Of a DNA stretch of 64,000 bases, positions 1 to 7,887 are shown piece after piece. Every line of letters starts with the position of its first letter. Position 1 is the stretch's first letter. The notes under the pieces are model-generated. The model searched no databases and was not told the DNA's origin. It worked only from the letters and a program-made list of their open reading frames with translations. Source of the stretch: an uncultured Candidatus Saccharibacteria bacterium (GTDB taxonomy: Bacteria; Patescibacteriota; Minisyncoccia; Phycocordibacterales; WO2-35-19); assembly GCA_964589445.1 (NCBI GenBank), contig CAZPQX010000002.1, forward strand, positions 91,882-155,881, written 5' to 3'. The translations under genes were made by a program, and so were the position numbers.

Positions 1-2
1 TA

Positions 3-254
3 AGAGAAGCAAAAATTTTGGAAAATATTTTGGGTAAAGATAGGCTTCAAACAAATGATGTAACTGTAAGTATTGGTATTGCTTTTGGAGACAAGTATTC
101 AAATTGGGAACATATAATGAGCAATGCAGATAACACTGTATATCATTCTAAACACAGTGGTAGGGACAAAGTCTCTGTATTTGACCCAAAGGGTCAAGCT
201 CCTGTCGTTTCTAGTGAAGTCGATATAAATACTCTAAATAATTTCAAATCATAA
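3..254 (+). CDS. GGDEF (diguanylate cyclase) domain protein, C-terminal part; 5' end outside window
   Basis: VTVSIGIA...ADNTVYHSKHSGRDKV matches the GGDEF C-terminal signature (TxSiGia...AD.AlY.AK..Gr); frame is open to the window edge. Confidence 0.8.
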   Translation, partial: REAKILENILGKDRLQTNDVTVSIGIAFGDKYSNWEHIMSNADNTVYHSKHSGRDKVSVFDPKGQAPVVSSEVDINTLNNFKS

Positions 255-306
255 TTTTTTGCTGAGTTGTGGGGTTGGTGGTAGGATGAATATTAGGAGA
301 GCTTCT

Positions 307-522
307 ATGTGTCTACGGGAACAGCAAGCTTTTTACCTTTTACCCAAAAGCCTCAATATGATCGGGAGTGTTGAGGGTGGGGGTGGCTTTACCTTGTACT
401 TTAAAAAATGGATTGGCCGCCGCGCCATACCATTTGGGAGAATAAGGTATATTCTCGGTATGACCGGGAAGGAAACTACTGTTAATTTTGACATGGGGCC
501 GCCCGAAAACTTCATCGGGTAG
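307..522 (+). CDS. small hypothetical protein (~71 aa), stand-alone cassette
   Basis: AGGAG SD before ATG 307; TTGCTG-N17-TAGGAT promoter-like site from 259; terminator at 557-597. Confidence 0.5.
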   Translation: MCLREQQAFYLLPKSLNMIGSVEGGGGFTLYFKKWIGRRAIPFGRIRYILGMTGKETTVNFDMGPPENFIG

Positions 523-556
523 GGCAGAAAGGAGCTTTTTGGAAAAGGCGGGGTAA

Positions 557-597
557 GGGCGGCAGTCTACGGACAGCTGCCCTTTTGAGTTTTTAAA
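557..597 (+). terminator. intrinsic terminator, copy 1 of a 41-bp direct repeat
   Basis: GGGCGGCAGTC-TACG-GACAGCTGCCC-TTTTGAGTTTTT. Confidence 0.75.
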
Positions 598-644
598 TAT
601 TGTAATTTTATATAAATTGATGTATAATAATAATTAGGCCAGAT

Positions 645-1172
645 ATGTACAAAACGAGTTTGACTAAGCGACAGCTCTCTGCGCTTCGTGCAGAGGGTTT
701 TATTCATGTAACGGGAATGTCATATATCCCTTGTTATGAATCATCGGGCGGTAGGGAGTTTTATTTCCCCGAGTCTCAGCGTGGCAGGTGGGCTGAGCGT
801 GAGGGATTCATACTCGCTGTTCTGTGGAACGGCGAAGTGTGGATGAGGTATTCGGACAAAAATGTCCGATACAAAGAGGATGAGGAAGACACTCCTCTAC
901 TCATCGAAATCCCGACCAAGCTTCTCAATGAGACGCTAGGTCTTACTCGCGTGTCTTTCTCGGTCTTTGGGAGGCGGGGGATAGAGGAAGACAGCTTGAC
1001 GGATGGGTCTTTCCTCGAAGAGGTCTACCCACGGATCGCCAACCCCTACTATGGAGTCCGTTATTCCAATGACCCAAACCCAAACCAACCTCGGAAGAGG
1101 AAGAAGGGTAAAAGAAGAAAACCCAACGAGGTAGATTTCCTCGGGGATGAGTTTCTCCCTGGGAAATTTTAG
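645..1172 (+). CDS. hypothetical protein (ORFan) with basic RKRKKGKRRK tail
   Basis: 175-aa ORF; TTGTAA-N17-TATAAT promoter at 600-628; own terminator. Confidence 0.7.
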   Translation: MYKTSLTKRQLSALRAEGFIHVTGMSYIPCYESSGGREFYFPESQRGRWAEREGFILAVLWNGEVWMRYSDKNVRYKEDEEDTPLLIEIPTKLLNETLGLTRVSFSVFGRRGIEEDSLTDGSFLEEVYPRIANPYYGVRYSNDPNPNQPRKRKKGKRRKPNEVDFLGDEFLPGKF

Positions 1173-1192
1173 CAGGCACTTGAGTGTATGTG

Positions 1193-1233
1193 GGGCGGCG
1201 GTCTTCGGACAGCCGCCCTTTTGAGTTTTTAAA
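1193..1233 (+). terminator. intrinsic terminator, copy 2 of the 41-bp direct repeat
   Basis: GGGCGGCGGTC-TTCG-GACAGCCGCCC-TTTTGAGTTTTT. Confidence 0.75.
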
Positions 1234-1369
1234 AATGTTAAAAAAATGGTTGCTATTGTACTTTGTGGTGTGGTCTAATTTGGGAGCAGAAGATTTAAAA
1301 AAGTACATTAAAATGGTAGAGTGTTTTTGTTGTTAATGGGTGCCTTCGCTAAGCTTACGGCAACCCAAA

Positions 1370-1454
1370 GGAGGGTTCGCATAGCGGTCTAGTGCAGTCG
1401 CTTGGAAAGCGGCCGTGGGGAAACCCACCAAGAGTTCGAATCTCTTACCCTCCG
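1370..1454 (+). tRNA. tRNA-Ser(GGA)
   Basis: Acceptor GGAGGGT/ACCCTCC, anticodon loop TTGGAAA, long variable arm GTGGGGAAACCCAC, TTCGAAT T-loop; CCA not encoded. Confidence 0.95.
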
Positions 1455-1630
1455 CAATGATCCGCAAGAATGGATGGGAACCATTTGAGCGGGGCATCAT
1501 TTCGAGAGAGGGAAGAGATGAGAAAGACGGAGGCGGTATACAAGCGAGCAAAGCGAGGCTTGTCGCCGAGTCGGGGTCGCGGAAATTTTGTGCAACAAAA
1601 TTATCTGTGACCGAATCTCTTACCCTCCGC
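1455..1630 (+). repeat. tRNA-adjacent element ending in a 19-bp copy of the tRNA-Ser 3' end
   Basis: CGAATCTCTTACCCTCCGC at 1437-1455 and 1612-1630; hairpin GGGGTCGCGGAAATTTTG..CAAAATTATCTGTGACC also seen after tRNA-Gly. Confidence 0.8.
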
Positions 1631-1802
1631 TAAAAAACAATGACCTCAGTTTTTTTCTAATAATCACTGGCCTACGGCAGAATACCCTTCATGTCTCTAA
1701 AGATTAAAATATTTTAAATTGGTTCTGACCCATCTTAAAACCAAGCAGGAAAATTTTACTAAGATATCCTTACAAGGCTTGTGAATGTTGGGTAATTATT
1801 AC

Positions 1803-2759
1803 TTAAATTAGCTTATTCACTCTGAATTTATAGAATTCTTGGATAAATATTTTTAACTCCTCGAGTAATTTTTTATTTTGGTGGAAGCCAAATTTTATAG
1901 AATTCATAAGAGTATGATAATTGATAGTTTGGATTAACTCTTTTTTGTCCGTGATATCTTTTCTTTTGGAATTTTTTCCTGTTCCATATTTAGGGTATCT
2001 GGCGATAATCATAATCCTTGGGCTTAAAACAAAAGATTGCTCTCTTGATAAGAAATCATTTCCCCAAAATTTATCACTTAGAGAAATATCTTTATAAGGT
2101 GTATCGGTAGTAATGAATTCTCCTTTGTGTGATATATAAATTATCCAATACTTTGCAGATAATAAATTGCAAAAACCTGGGAAATTTTTAAATAGCTGCA
2201 TATGGTGCATATTCCCAAGATCAACAGAGTACTCTTCTTTGTCTGCAAAATCTATCATATCTTGTTTTGTGAGACCTGCTTTTTCTATCATTTTTTTCAT
2301 TTCTGGATCTTGATTAGAAAAACGAACAATCATCTTATTCATTTCTTTTATAATTCTTTCAGATATCTCCTGGGATTCTTGTCTATGTTTTTTCCCTCGG
2401 ATCCATAGAAATAACATAAATTCCGACAAGTGATATTTATCCACATATGTTATTTCTTGATTTTCCAATATCTTTTTTTCTAAACCTGGTAATTCTTTAA
2501 AGAAGATTGTTTCAATTTCCGTTAGAAATTCCTCCATTGTTTGACTTATATCATCTTCTTTACCAGTATGTTGGGCATAGAAATAGTTCTCATAACAAAA
2601 TCTGCTTGGTCCTGATTTTTCATTGAAAATATTAAGTTCAGGAGGTTCTTTATTTTCTATCCTTATTGGGTAAAAACTCTCTGATGAATCTGTCCATTGT
2701 CTTAGGTAGAATTGAGGAACGTAGTGCTGTTTTATTGTTTTTTGCTTTTCTTTAATCAT
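1803..2759 (-). CDS. DUF4238-like protein
   Basis: N-terminal QHYVPQFYL motif and FITTDTP motif; AT-rich. Confidence 0.75.
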   Translation of the reverse strand: MIKEKQKTIKQHYVPQFYLRQWTDSSESFYPIRIENKEPPELNIFNEKSGPSRFCYENYFYAQHTGKEDDISQTMEEFLTEIETIFFKELPGLEKKILENQEITYVDKYHLSEFMLFLWIRGKKHRQESQEISERIIKEMNKMIVRFSNQDPEMKKMIEKAGLTKQDMIDFADKEEYSVDLGNMHHMQLFKNFPGFCNLLSAKYWIIYISHKGEFITTDTPYKDISLSDKFWGNDFLSREQSFVLSPRIMIIARYPKYGTGKNSKRKDITDKKELIQTINYHTLMNSIKFGFHQNKKLLEELKIFIQEFYKFRVNKLI

Positions 2760-2842
2760 TAATATTAAAGATTCTGTTCTAAATATATCAATATTGCAAT
2801 CTCTAAAATCCCTAAATTTTATTTCAGTGGTATTATTTACTC

Positions 2843-3427
2843 ATGGAAAATGAAGAAGTGGGGGTGGTAGGGAATAGTGCAGAAGGCACTACAGAAAACA
2901 GTGTAGGAGTGCCTAGTGCTGTAGAGGCGCCTGTGGAGTCTAGTGTAGAAGCTCCGCAACCCGTCGCTGATACACCTGTGCAAACAGAAGTACCGGCGCC
3001 CGAGCAGCCTGCTGTAGAAACTCCAGTACAAGTAGAAATGCGTACAGAGTCTGCTCCTAACCCTACTCCTGAACCTGTGGCAGTGCAGAGTGATGCTCAA
3101 TCTACAAACTCAATAACAGAGATGGCTCAAGTGCCAGAGCAGGTGGAGCAGCCTGCAACGGAACCCATGCTTCCTGAGAAAAATAAAAGTTTTATAAAAG
3201 AGCTTTTTGCTAAAGGTGCGGCAAAAATACAACTAAAAAAGAGATTGGGAATAGAAAAAATCATGAGTTTGTTTGCAAAGAAACATCAAATAACAAATGA
3301 CGAGGTGGAGAAAGCTCTGCATGTCTCTGACGCTACAGCTACGAGGTACCTTGAGCAATTAGAAAAGGAAAATAAGATCAAACAAAACGGAAAGACTGGC
3401 AAGGGAGTCACATATACAAAAAACTAG
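2843..3427 (+). CDS. protein with Pro/Glu-rich low-complexity N-terminus and C-terminal winged-HTH
   Basis: ITNDEVEKALHVSDATATRYLEQLEKENKI..G.G.GV.Y wHTH pattern. Confidence 0.75.
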   Translation: MENEEVGVVGNSAEGTTENSVGVPSAVEAPVESSVEAPQPVADTPVQTEVPAPEQPAVETPVQVEMRTESAPNPTPEPVAVQSDAQSTNSITEMAQVPEQVEQPATEPMLPEKNKSFIKELFAKGAAKIQLKKRLGIEKIMSLFAKKHQITNDEVEKALHVSDATATRYLEQLEKENKIKQNGKTGKGVTYTKN

Positions 3428-3430
3428 GTT

Positions 3431-4813
3431 TTAACTCCTCTGATCCTCTGGGTCAAAGATGGATTTGGGGAGGGGGTCGCCGTTTATGAATTGTGAAATC
3501 CTCTTTGCGCCGAAGATGGAAGGTAAAATGCCGACGCCGTTGCAGCCGAGGTTGTAGAGGAGAGTAGGATTTACTGGCTCGGGACCTACGCGCCTAATAC
3601 CATTTGGAGTGTAGCCCATGAGGCCGTGCCAAGAAAAAGAATATTCTATTTTTTCGCCTGGGTATTTGGCATAATTTTTGCTCAAAAAGTCGTCTATCGT
3701 GTAATTTGTTTCTTCGGAGTGGAAGTCGTGGCGAGAGTAGGAGGCACCGTTTGGCAACACCTTTTCAGGTCCGCCGGTGCAGACTAAGTTGTATGAATCT
3801 TTCCCTTCGTGCTCGTGGGGGCGCCTCGTGAGATAAAAATAATTCTCGCCGGTCGGGTCGCTATTTTTGTCGTTTGTCTTTGGGAAATAGCTTATGGCGA
3901 TGGGGGAGTTGTTCATCGGTTCGAAGTAGCCAGACATGTAGCCGATGCGGCCGTTTACAGAATGATGAAAACTTGTGTCTATGTCACGCCCTGCTTGATT
4001 GTTTATGGTGAAATTTTCAAAACCGTTTGTGCATAGGACCACTCTCTCGGCTATTACTCTATGCTCTAAAACTTTGAGCTCTGTACTTTTTTCTTTGAGC
4101 AGCACTTCTTTGACGGGGCTGCCTTCATAAAAATCAAAACGCTCAGGATATTTGGCTATAAGGTAGCCTAAGAGCTCTTCGGAAAAGAGGGCGCTGTTTA
4201 GACATCCTTTTTGGTAGGAAAGGCAAGCTATGTAATCAGGATTGTCTGTTTCTAAAAGAGACATCAAATCTTTTTGAGGGACTATCTTGTATAAGTCTTT
4301 ATATTCTACGGGTATGTTTTTGAGCTCCGGCCACTCTTCGGCTACTACTATGGACTCGGTTTGCAAGCCGCCCGTGACGCGATGGCGGTTGTTTTGTAAA
4401 TGGAGGATAAGGTTTTCGAAACTAGAAACTCCAGCATAGCCGACAAATCTATACACCGGCACTTGGAGACGCGCTTCTTCTATTATTTCGTCTAGCAAAA
4501 TCCAAGCTGATTCTACTGACCTTTGACCGTCTATCGCCAAATCAAAACCAAACTCTTCTACCAAGTCACTGAGCGGCCTTTCGAAATAGCTGGCTATTTG
4601 CCCGGCGTTGTGACCTGTGGCTCCGTGGGCTACTTTGTCGGCTTCTAGAAGTGTGACTTTTTTGTCTGTATTTTTGAGAGTGAAAAAGGCTGTGGTGATG
4701 CCGGCTATGCCGCCGCCTACGATGGCTACATCGGTACTTATGTCTCCGCTTAAAGGTACGACTGGCCTAGATTGCTTGAGCTGCTGTATCCACGGTGAAT
4801 GGTTGGGTATCAT
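3431..4813 (-). CDS. FAD-dependent oxidoreductase (DAO family)
   Basis: DVAIVGGGIAG Rossmann motif, GATGHNAG, GCNGVG. Confidence 0.85.
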   Translation of the reverse strand: MIPNHSPWIQQLKQSRPVVPLSGDISTDVAIVGGGIAGITTAFFTLKNTDKKVTLLEADKVAHGATGHNAGQIASYFERPLSDLVEEFGFDLAIDGQRSVESAWILLDEIIEEARLQVPVYRFVGYAGVSSFENLILHLQNNRHRVTGGLQTESIVVAEEWPELKNIPVEYKDLYKIVPQKDLMSLLETDNPDYIACLSYQKGCLNSALFSEELLGYLIAKYPERFDFYEGSPVKEVLLKEKSTELKVLEHRVIAERVVLCTNGFENFTINNQAGRDIDTSFHHSVNGRIGYMSGYFEPMNNSPIAISYFPKTNDKNSDPTGENYFYLTRRPHEHEGKDSYNLVCTGGPEKVLPNGASYSRHDFHSEETNYTIDDFLSKNYAKYPGEKIEYSFSWHGLMGYTPNGIRRVGPEPVNPTLLYNLGCNGVGILPSIFGAKRISQFINGDPLPKSIFDPEDQRS

Positions 4814-4922
4814 GAGGTTAGATTATACCAAAAAACACAAAATCGGGTATAACAGAAATAAAATTAGCTTCTCTCACTCGATTTAAGTTTTGATTTTTGG
4901 AAAAAGTAGTAGTATTTGGTAA

Positions 4923-5153
4923 ATGAAAGAGAGAATAATAAAAGTAAAAGTGTCGGCGGGGGCAAAGACAGAAAAACTCGAGGAGATTGCTCCTGATGTT
5001 TTTAAGGTGAGGGTGTCTGCTCCGCCAGAAAAGGGGAAGGCAAATGCGAGAGTCGCAGAAATTTTGGCGAAACATTTTGAGGTACCAATGTCGAGAGTAA
5101 TGCTACTCAGTGGGCAGACTTATAGAGAGAAAATATTTTGTATACAAATGTAG
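4923..5153 (+). CDS. DUF167/YggU family protein
   Basis: VRVSAPPEKGKAN...G.T.REK. Confidence 0.85.
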   Translation: MKERIIKVKVSAGAKTEKLEEIAPDVFKVRVSAPPEKGKANARVAEILAKHFEVPMSRVMLLSGQTYREKIFCIQM

Positions 5154-5156
5154 GTG

Positions 5157-5582
5157 CTAGCAGTCGCCACCTTCAAATTGCTCTAGGGTGCACCAAGGGC
5201 CGCCGCTTGGATCTACTTGCCACACTCCGCCAACTTTCCTTGCATGAATGATTATGTTTCCAAGGTCGCCTTCTTCACCTTTATTTACTATCATCTCCAC
5301 TGCATCATTTTTCCTTTTTTCTATCGATATATCGTATGAATTGGGCACACCTTTTGGAAGTTTGTATTCGTTCATAAAGGTGTCGACGGAATTTTTGAGC
5401 TGTTCTTTTTCGATATCTGAAAGTTCTATATTACTTGTCAGGGTTATCTCATTTTTTATCTGGGCTTTTTGTTCAACTGTAAGGTTGTCTCTGTCACTAG
5501 TATTTTTGTTTGTGTATGTGTAGGTAAATACCCCTGAGGCTAGTATCAGAATAATAAGTATAATTTTTTTATTCTTGGTCAT
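5157..5582 (-). CDS. secreted or membrane-anchored hypothetical protein
   Basis: N-terminal KNKK plus hydrophobic segment. Confidence 0.65.
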   Translation of the reverse strand: MTKNKKIILIILILASGVFTYTYTNKNTSDRDNLTVEQKAQIKNEITLTSNIELSDIEKEQLKNSVDTFMNEYKLPKGVPNSYDISIEKRKNDAVEMIVNKGEEGDLGNIIIHARKVGGVWQVDPSGGPWCTLEQFEGGDC

Positions 5583-5976
5583 TTATTTTATAAATACTAT
5601 TACAGGAATTAGAGAGATCTTGAATTTTTAATAGCAACTCTTTTAAGTTGCCGCCTTCTGCCATGGTCTGTGCATCGTCTAATTCTTCCCATACAAGCCT
5701 CGCGTAATTATCATCTCCTGAGCGTAACATATAAGTATAGGCAAGCTCTACTCGGAATATCACTTTTTCTTCTAGGGTTGTGCCTGGCCTGTCTGTCTCT
5801 TCGTATCTTTCATTTTTCCATTTAAAAAGTTTTTCTGGACTAAAATCATCCGGTATTTTGCTTAAGTCTAAACCAAATTCTGTAAAAAAAACATCAATCC
5901 TTCTTTTTAAATTTTCAAAGCTTTCTGCAATAGTAACTCTATTTTCTCGTTCAATTTTTTTATTTAAATCTTCCAT
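5569..5976 (-). CDS. hypothetical protein
   Basis: 135-aa ORF overlapping next gene; TATACT 7 nt before ATG. Confidence 0.65.
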   Translation of the reverse strand: MEDLNKKIERENRVTIAESFENLKRRIDVFFTEFGLDLSKIPDDFSPEKLFKWKNERYEETDRPGTTLEEKVIFRVELAYTYMLRSGDDNYARLVWEELDDAQTMAEGGNLKELLLKIQDLSNSCNSIYKINDQE

Positions 5977-6002
5977 GTAATTAAGTATATCAGAATTTTT
6001 TT

Positions 6003-6101
6003 ATGAAAATGAAAAGGTCCGAGAGTTCATCACTCTCGGACCTAGGGTGGTAACCGCGGCTCGCTTTTGGAGCGGGCCATGACAGAATTACCATCCCAAC
6101 A
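6003..6101 (-). ncRNA. putative ~100-nt structured small RNA (cassette 1)
   Basis: Promoter at 6108-6135; stem GGGATGGTAA/TTACCACCC with inner hairpin; terminator AGGTCCGAGAG..CTCTCGGACC-TTTT. Confidence 0.55.
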
Positions 6102-6109
6102 TAATTAAG

Positions 6110-6182
6110 TATAGCATATATAAAAAACTTGTCAAGTATGAAAATGAATTATAAATGTATTTAAAAGGGGAGGGTTTTTATG
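6110..6182. repeat. 73-bp perfect direct repeat, copy 1, carrying most of a minus-strand TTGACA-N16-TATACT promoter
   Basis: Identical to 6451-6523. Confidence 0.95.
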
Positions 6183-6185
6183 AAA

Positions 6186-6443
6186 ATGAAAAGGCTCGGA
6201 GACATCTTACGATAATCTTCCGAGCCAAACTTTAGAAGAGTGATACTTCCTCCCTACGTCTACTGCGAGTCGGCTAAATAGTGCCGCCACCAGACCCCGC
6301 ACATCAGCAACCTGCTGACCGGGGGAGTTAAACATCAGAGCTGTCTCCAGTAGTGGACCGCCTACGCGTATGGGGCGATGAAGAACTAAACGAGCCCGTG
6401 ACGCGCTGCGGCCGACCATAAAACTGGACTACCACTCTTCTGG
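6186..6443 (-). ncRNA. putative ~255-nt structured RNA (cassette 2)
   Basis: Promoter at 6449-6476; closing stem AGAAGAGTGGTA/TATCACTCTTCT; GC-rich internal hairpins; terminator GGCTCGGA..TCCGAGCC-TTTT. Confidence 0.6.
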
Positions 6444-6450
6444 TATCAAT

Positions 6451-6523
6451 TATAGCATATATAAAAAACTTGTCAAGTATGAAAATGAATTATAAATGTA
6501 TTTAAAAGGGGAGGGTTTTTATG
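6451..6523. repeat. 73-bp perfect direct repeat, copy 2
   Basis: Identical to 6110-6182. Confidence 0.95.
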
Positions 6524-6554
6524 TATACTTTTGAAAAAGCGGGTATGGTTTAGT
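6522..6554 (+). repeat. 33-bp copy of the tRNA-Gly -10 region plus the first 16 nt of the tRNA
   Basis: TGTATACTTTTGAAAAAGCGGGTATGGTTTAGT is identical to 7487-7519. Confidence 0.9.
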
Positions 6555-6637
6555 CTGTCTATTGATTAAAATATTTGGTTTGTTATAATTGTATTCATAT
6601 TTGGGGTTACCCACGTTCCCTCGAAAGAGGGAGAATA

Positions 6638-7027
6638 TCATGAATAAAGACGGAGAAATCCGTCCTTTATTTTTATAATATCTTTTTCGTCTAGAGTTCC
6701 CATTTTTTCATACATTCTCAAAAAGCTTAGAACTCTAACTTGTGCTAAGTTGGCGACAATGTCCTTTCCTTGAAAATTTATTTCTGTATACCAAGTTCCA
6801 GTTTTTCCTTTTGTTGAAAGAGGTATCGCGAGGAAACCATTTACACTTAATTTTTTATAAATATAAACTGGTCTAGAAAATGGCTTTCCTTTACCATTGA
6901 CCTCTATTCCTACATTTTCTCCGATAGCACACCACCAAACTTCTCCTTCTTTAAATAAAGGTGGCTTGTGCTCGTTTTTATGAATCTTTTCTTTTAGTCC
7001 AATCCATTCTAAAAATCTTTTTATCAT
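6638..7027 (-). CDS. PemK/MazF-family endoribonuclease toxin, no adjacent protein antitoxin
   Basis: GEVWW..IGENVG.E..GK...RP...IPLST...QVR pattern. Confidence 0.85.
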   Translation of the reverse strand: MIKRFLEWIGLKEKIHKNEHKPPLFKEGEVWWCAIGENVGIEVNGKGKPFSRPVYIYKKLSVNGFLAIPLSTKGKTGTWYTEINFQGKDIVANLAQVRVLSFLRMYEKMGTLDEKDIIKIKDGFLRLYS

Positions 7028-7117
7028 TTTTAAAAATTTGTATCTTTTAAAATTAGTTGCATGAGATATTTAAATTATATCAATAAATATGATGATAATG
7101 GTGTTTGTTTAGGTAAT

Positions 7118-7366
7118 AAGAAAGACCGCGTCCTATTGGGCGCGGTCTGTGAGGATTCTTGGAGCGTTCCAGTGTTTTCGCTCCTCAGGTCTTTGACCAA
7201 ATGATCCTCTTTGAAAAAGAGTCTGTTTCCAGGTCTCTCTGGAGTAGTGGTTACTGGAAGGAACACACTCCCGACGGGGTTTTCACCTGTCGTAAACTCA
7301 CGAGATAGTCACAACAGACCAATCCATACCACCTCCTTGCGGAGCAGGTAAGCTCGTGATTGTCTG
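7118..7366 (-). ncRNA. putative structured RNA or micro-ORF transcript (cassette 3)
   Basis: TTGACA-N16-TATACT promoter at 7372-7399; AAGGAGGT plus 9-codon ORF at 7327-7298; terminator AGACCGCG..CGCGGTCT-TTCTT. Confidence 0.55.
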
Positions 7367-7503
7367 TTTATAGTATAGCAGAACTATGGAATTTGTCAAT
7401 AGCAAAGTTAATTTTGTCTATGAGTATGGCAAAATATGTTTAAAAATAAGGGTTTTTTAGGAATTGGTAAAAATGAAGTACTTTGGTGTATACTTTTGAA
7501 AAA

Positions 7504-7574
7504 GCGGGTATGGTTTAGTGGTAGAATGCGGCCTTCCCAAGGCTGAGACGGGAGTTCGATTCTCCCTACCCGCA
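7504..7574 (+). tRNA. tRNA-Gly(CCC)
   Basis: GCGGGTA/TACCCGC acceptor, anticodon loop TTCCCAA, TTCGATT T-loop. Confidence 0.95.
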
Positions 7575-7887
7575 CACTAAATTTTGTTTAAAATTATGTT
7601 CTATGTATATGTTCTCGGTAGTTTGAAAGATAAAGATTTATACATAGGTTCTACTAATGATTTAAAAAGACGGGTGATAGAACATAATTCAGGAAAAGTT
7701 TTATCTACTAAAAATAGAGCCCCGTTTAGTCTCCTTTACTACGAAGCTTATACTACTGAGGGTGAAGCTCGAGATAGGGAGGCTAGTTTAAAACTCCGTG
7801 GTCAAGCTAGAGTCGGCTTGCTAAAAAGGATTTCCTTTACTATAAAACTTTTCAAAAACAAAAATTAGTGTGCGGGCGTACCCGCAC
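7569..7887 (+). mobile_element. putative mini-element: GIY-YIG gene between 21-bp inverted repeats, flanked by TACCCGCAC direct repeats
   Basis: CCCGCACACTAAATTTTGTTT (7569-7589) versus AAACAAAAATTAGTGTGCGGG (7856-7876). Confidence 0.6.
7596..7868 (+). CDS. GIY-YIG nuclease family protein
   Basis: YVYVL...LYIGSTNDLKRR..EHN.G....T..R.P..L.YYE...A..RE..LK. Confidence 0.9.
   Translation: MFYVYVLGSLKDKDLYIGSTNDLKRRVIEHNSGKVLSTKNRAPFSLLYYEAYTTEGEARDREASLKLRGQARVGLLKRISFTIKLFKNKN

Noticed and set aside
1333-1633. ORFs 1333-1551 and 1415-1633 (also 7852-8159)
   Set aside because: They overlap tRNA or repeat elements and are shadow ORFs.
2843-3180. Tandem DNA repeat in the Pro/Glu-rich ORF
   Set aside because: Only loose peptide-level periodicity (AVEAPV, AVETPVQ), typical of a low-complexity linker.
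6207-6419. 70-aa ORF as a protein gene
   Set aside because: No SD or family motif, and it ends inside the terminator hairpin; a structured RNA explains the region better, though coding is not excluded.
6110-6523. CRISPR array
   Set aside because: Only two 73-bp repeats about 270 bp apart, each containing a promoter; no cas genes in the window.
7075-7266. 63-aa ORF as the protein antitoxin
   Set aside because: Reads through the terminator and has no AbrB or RHH features.
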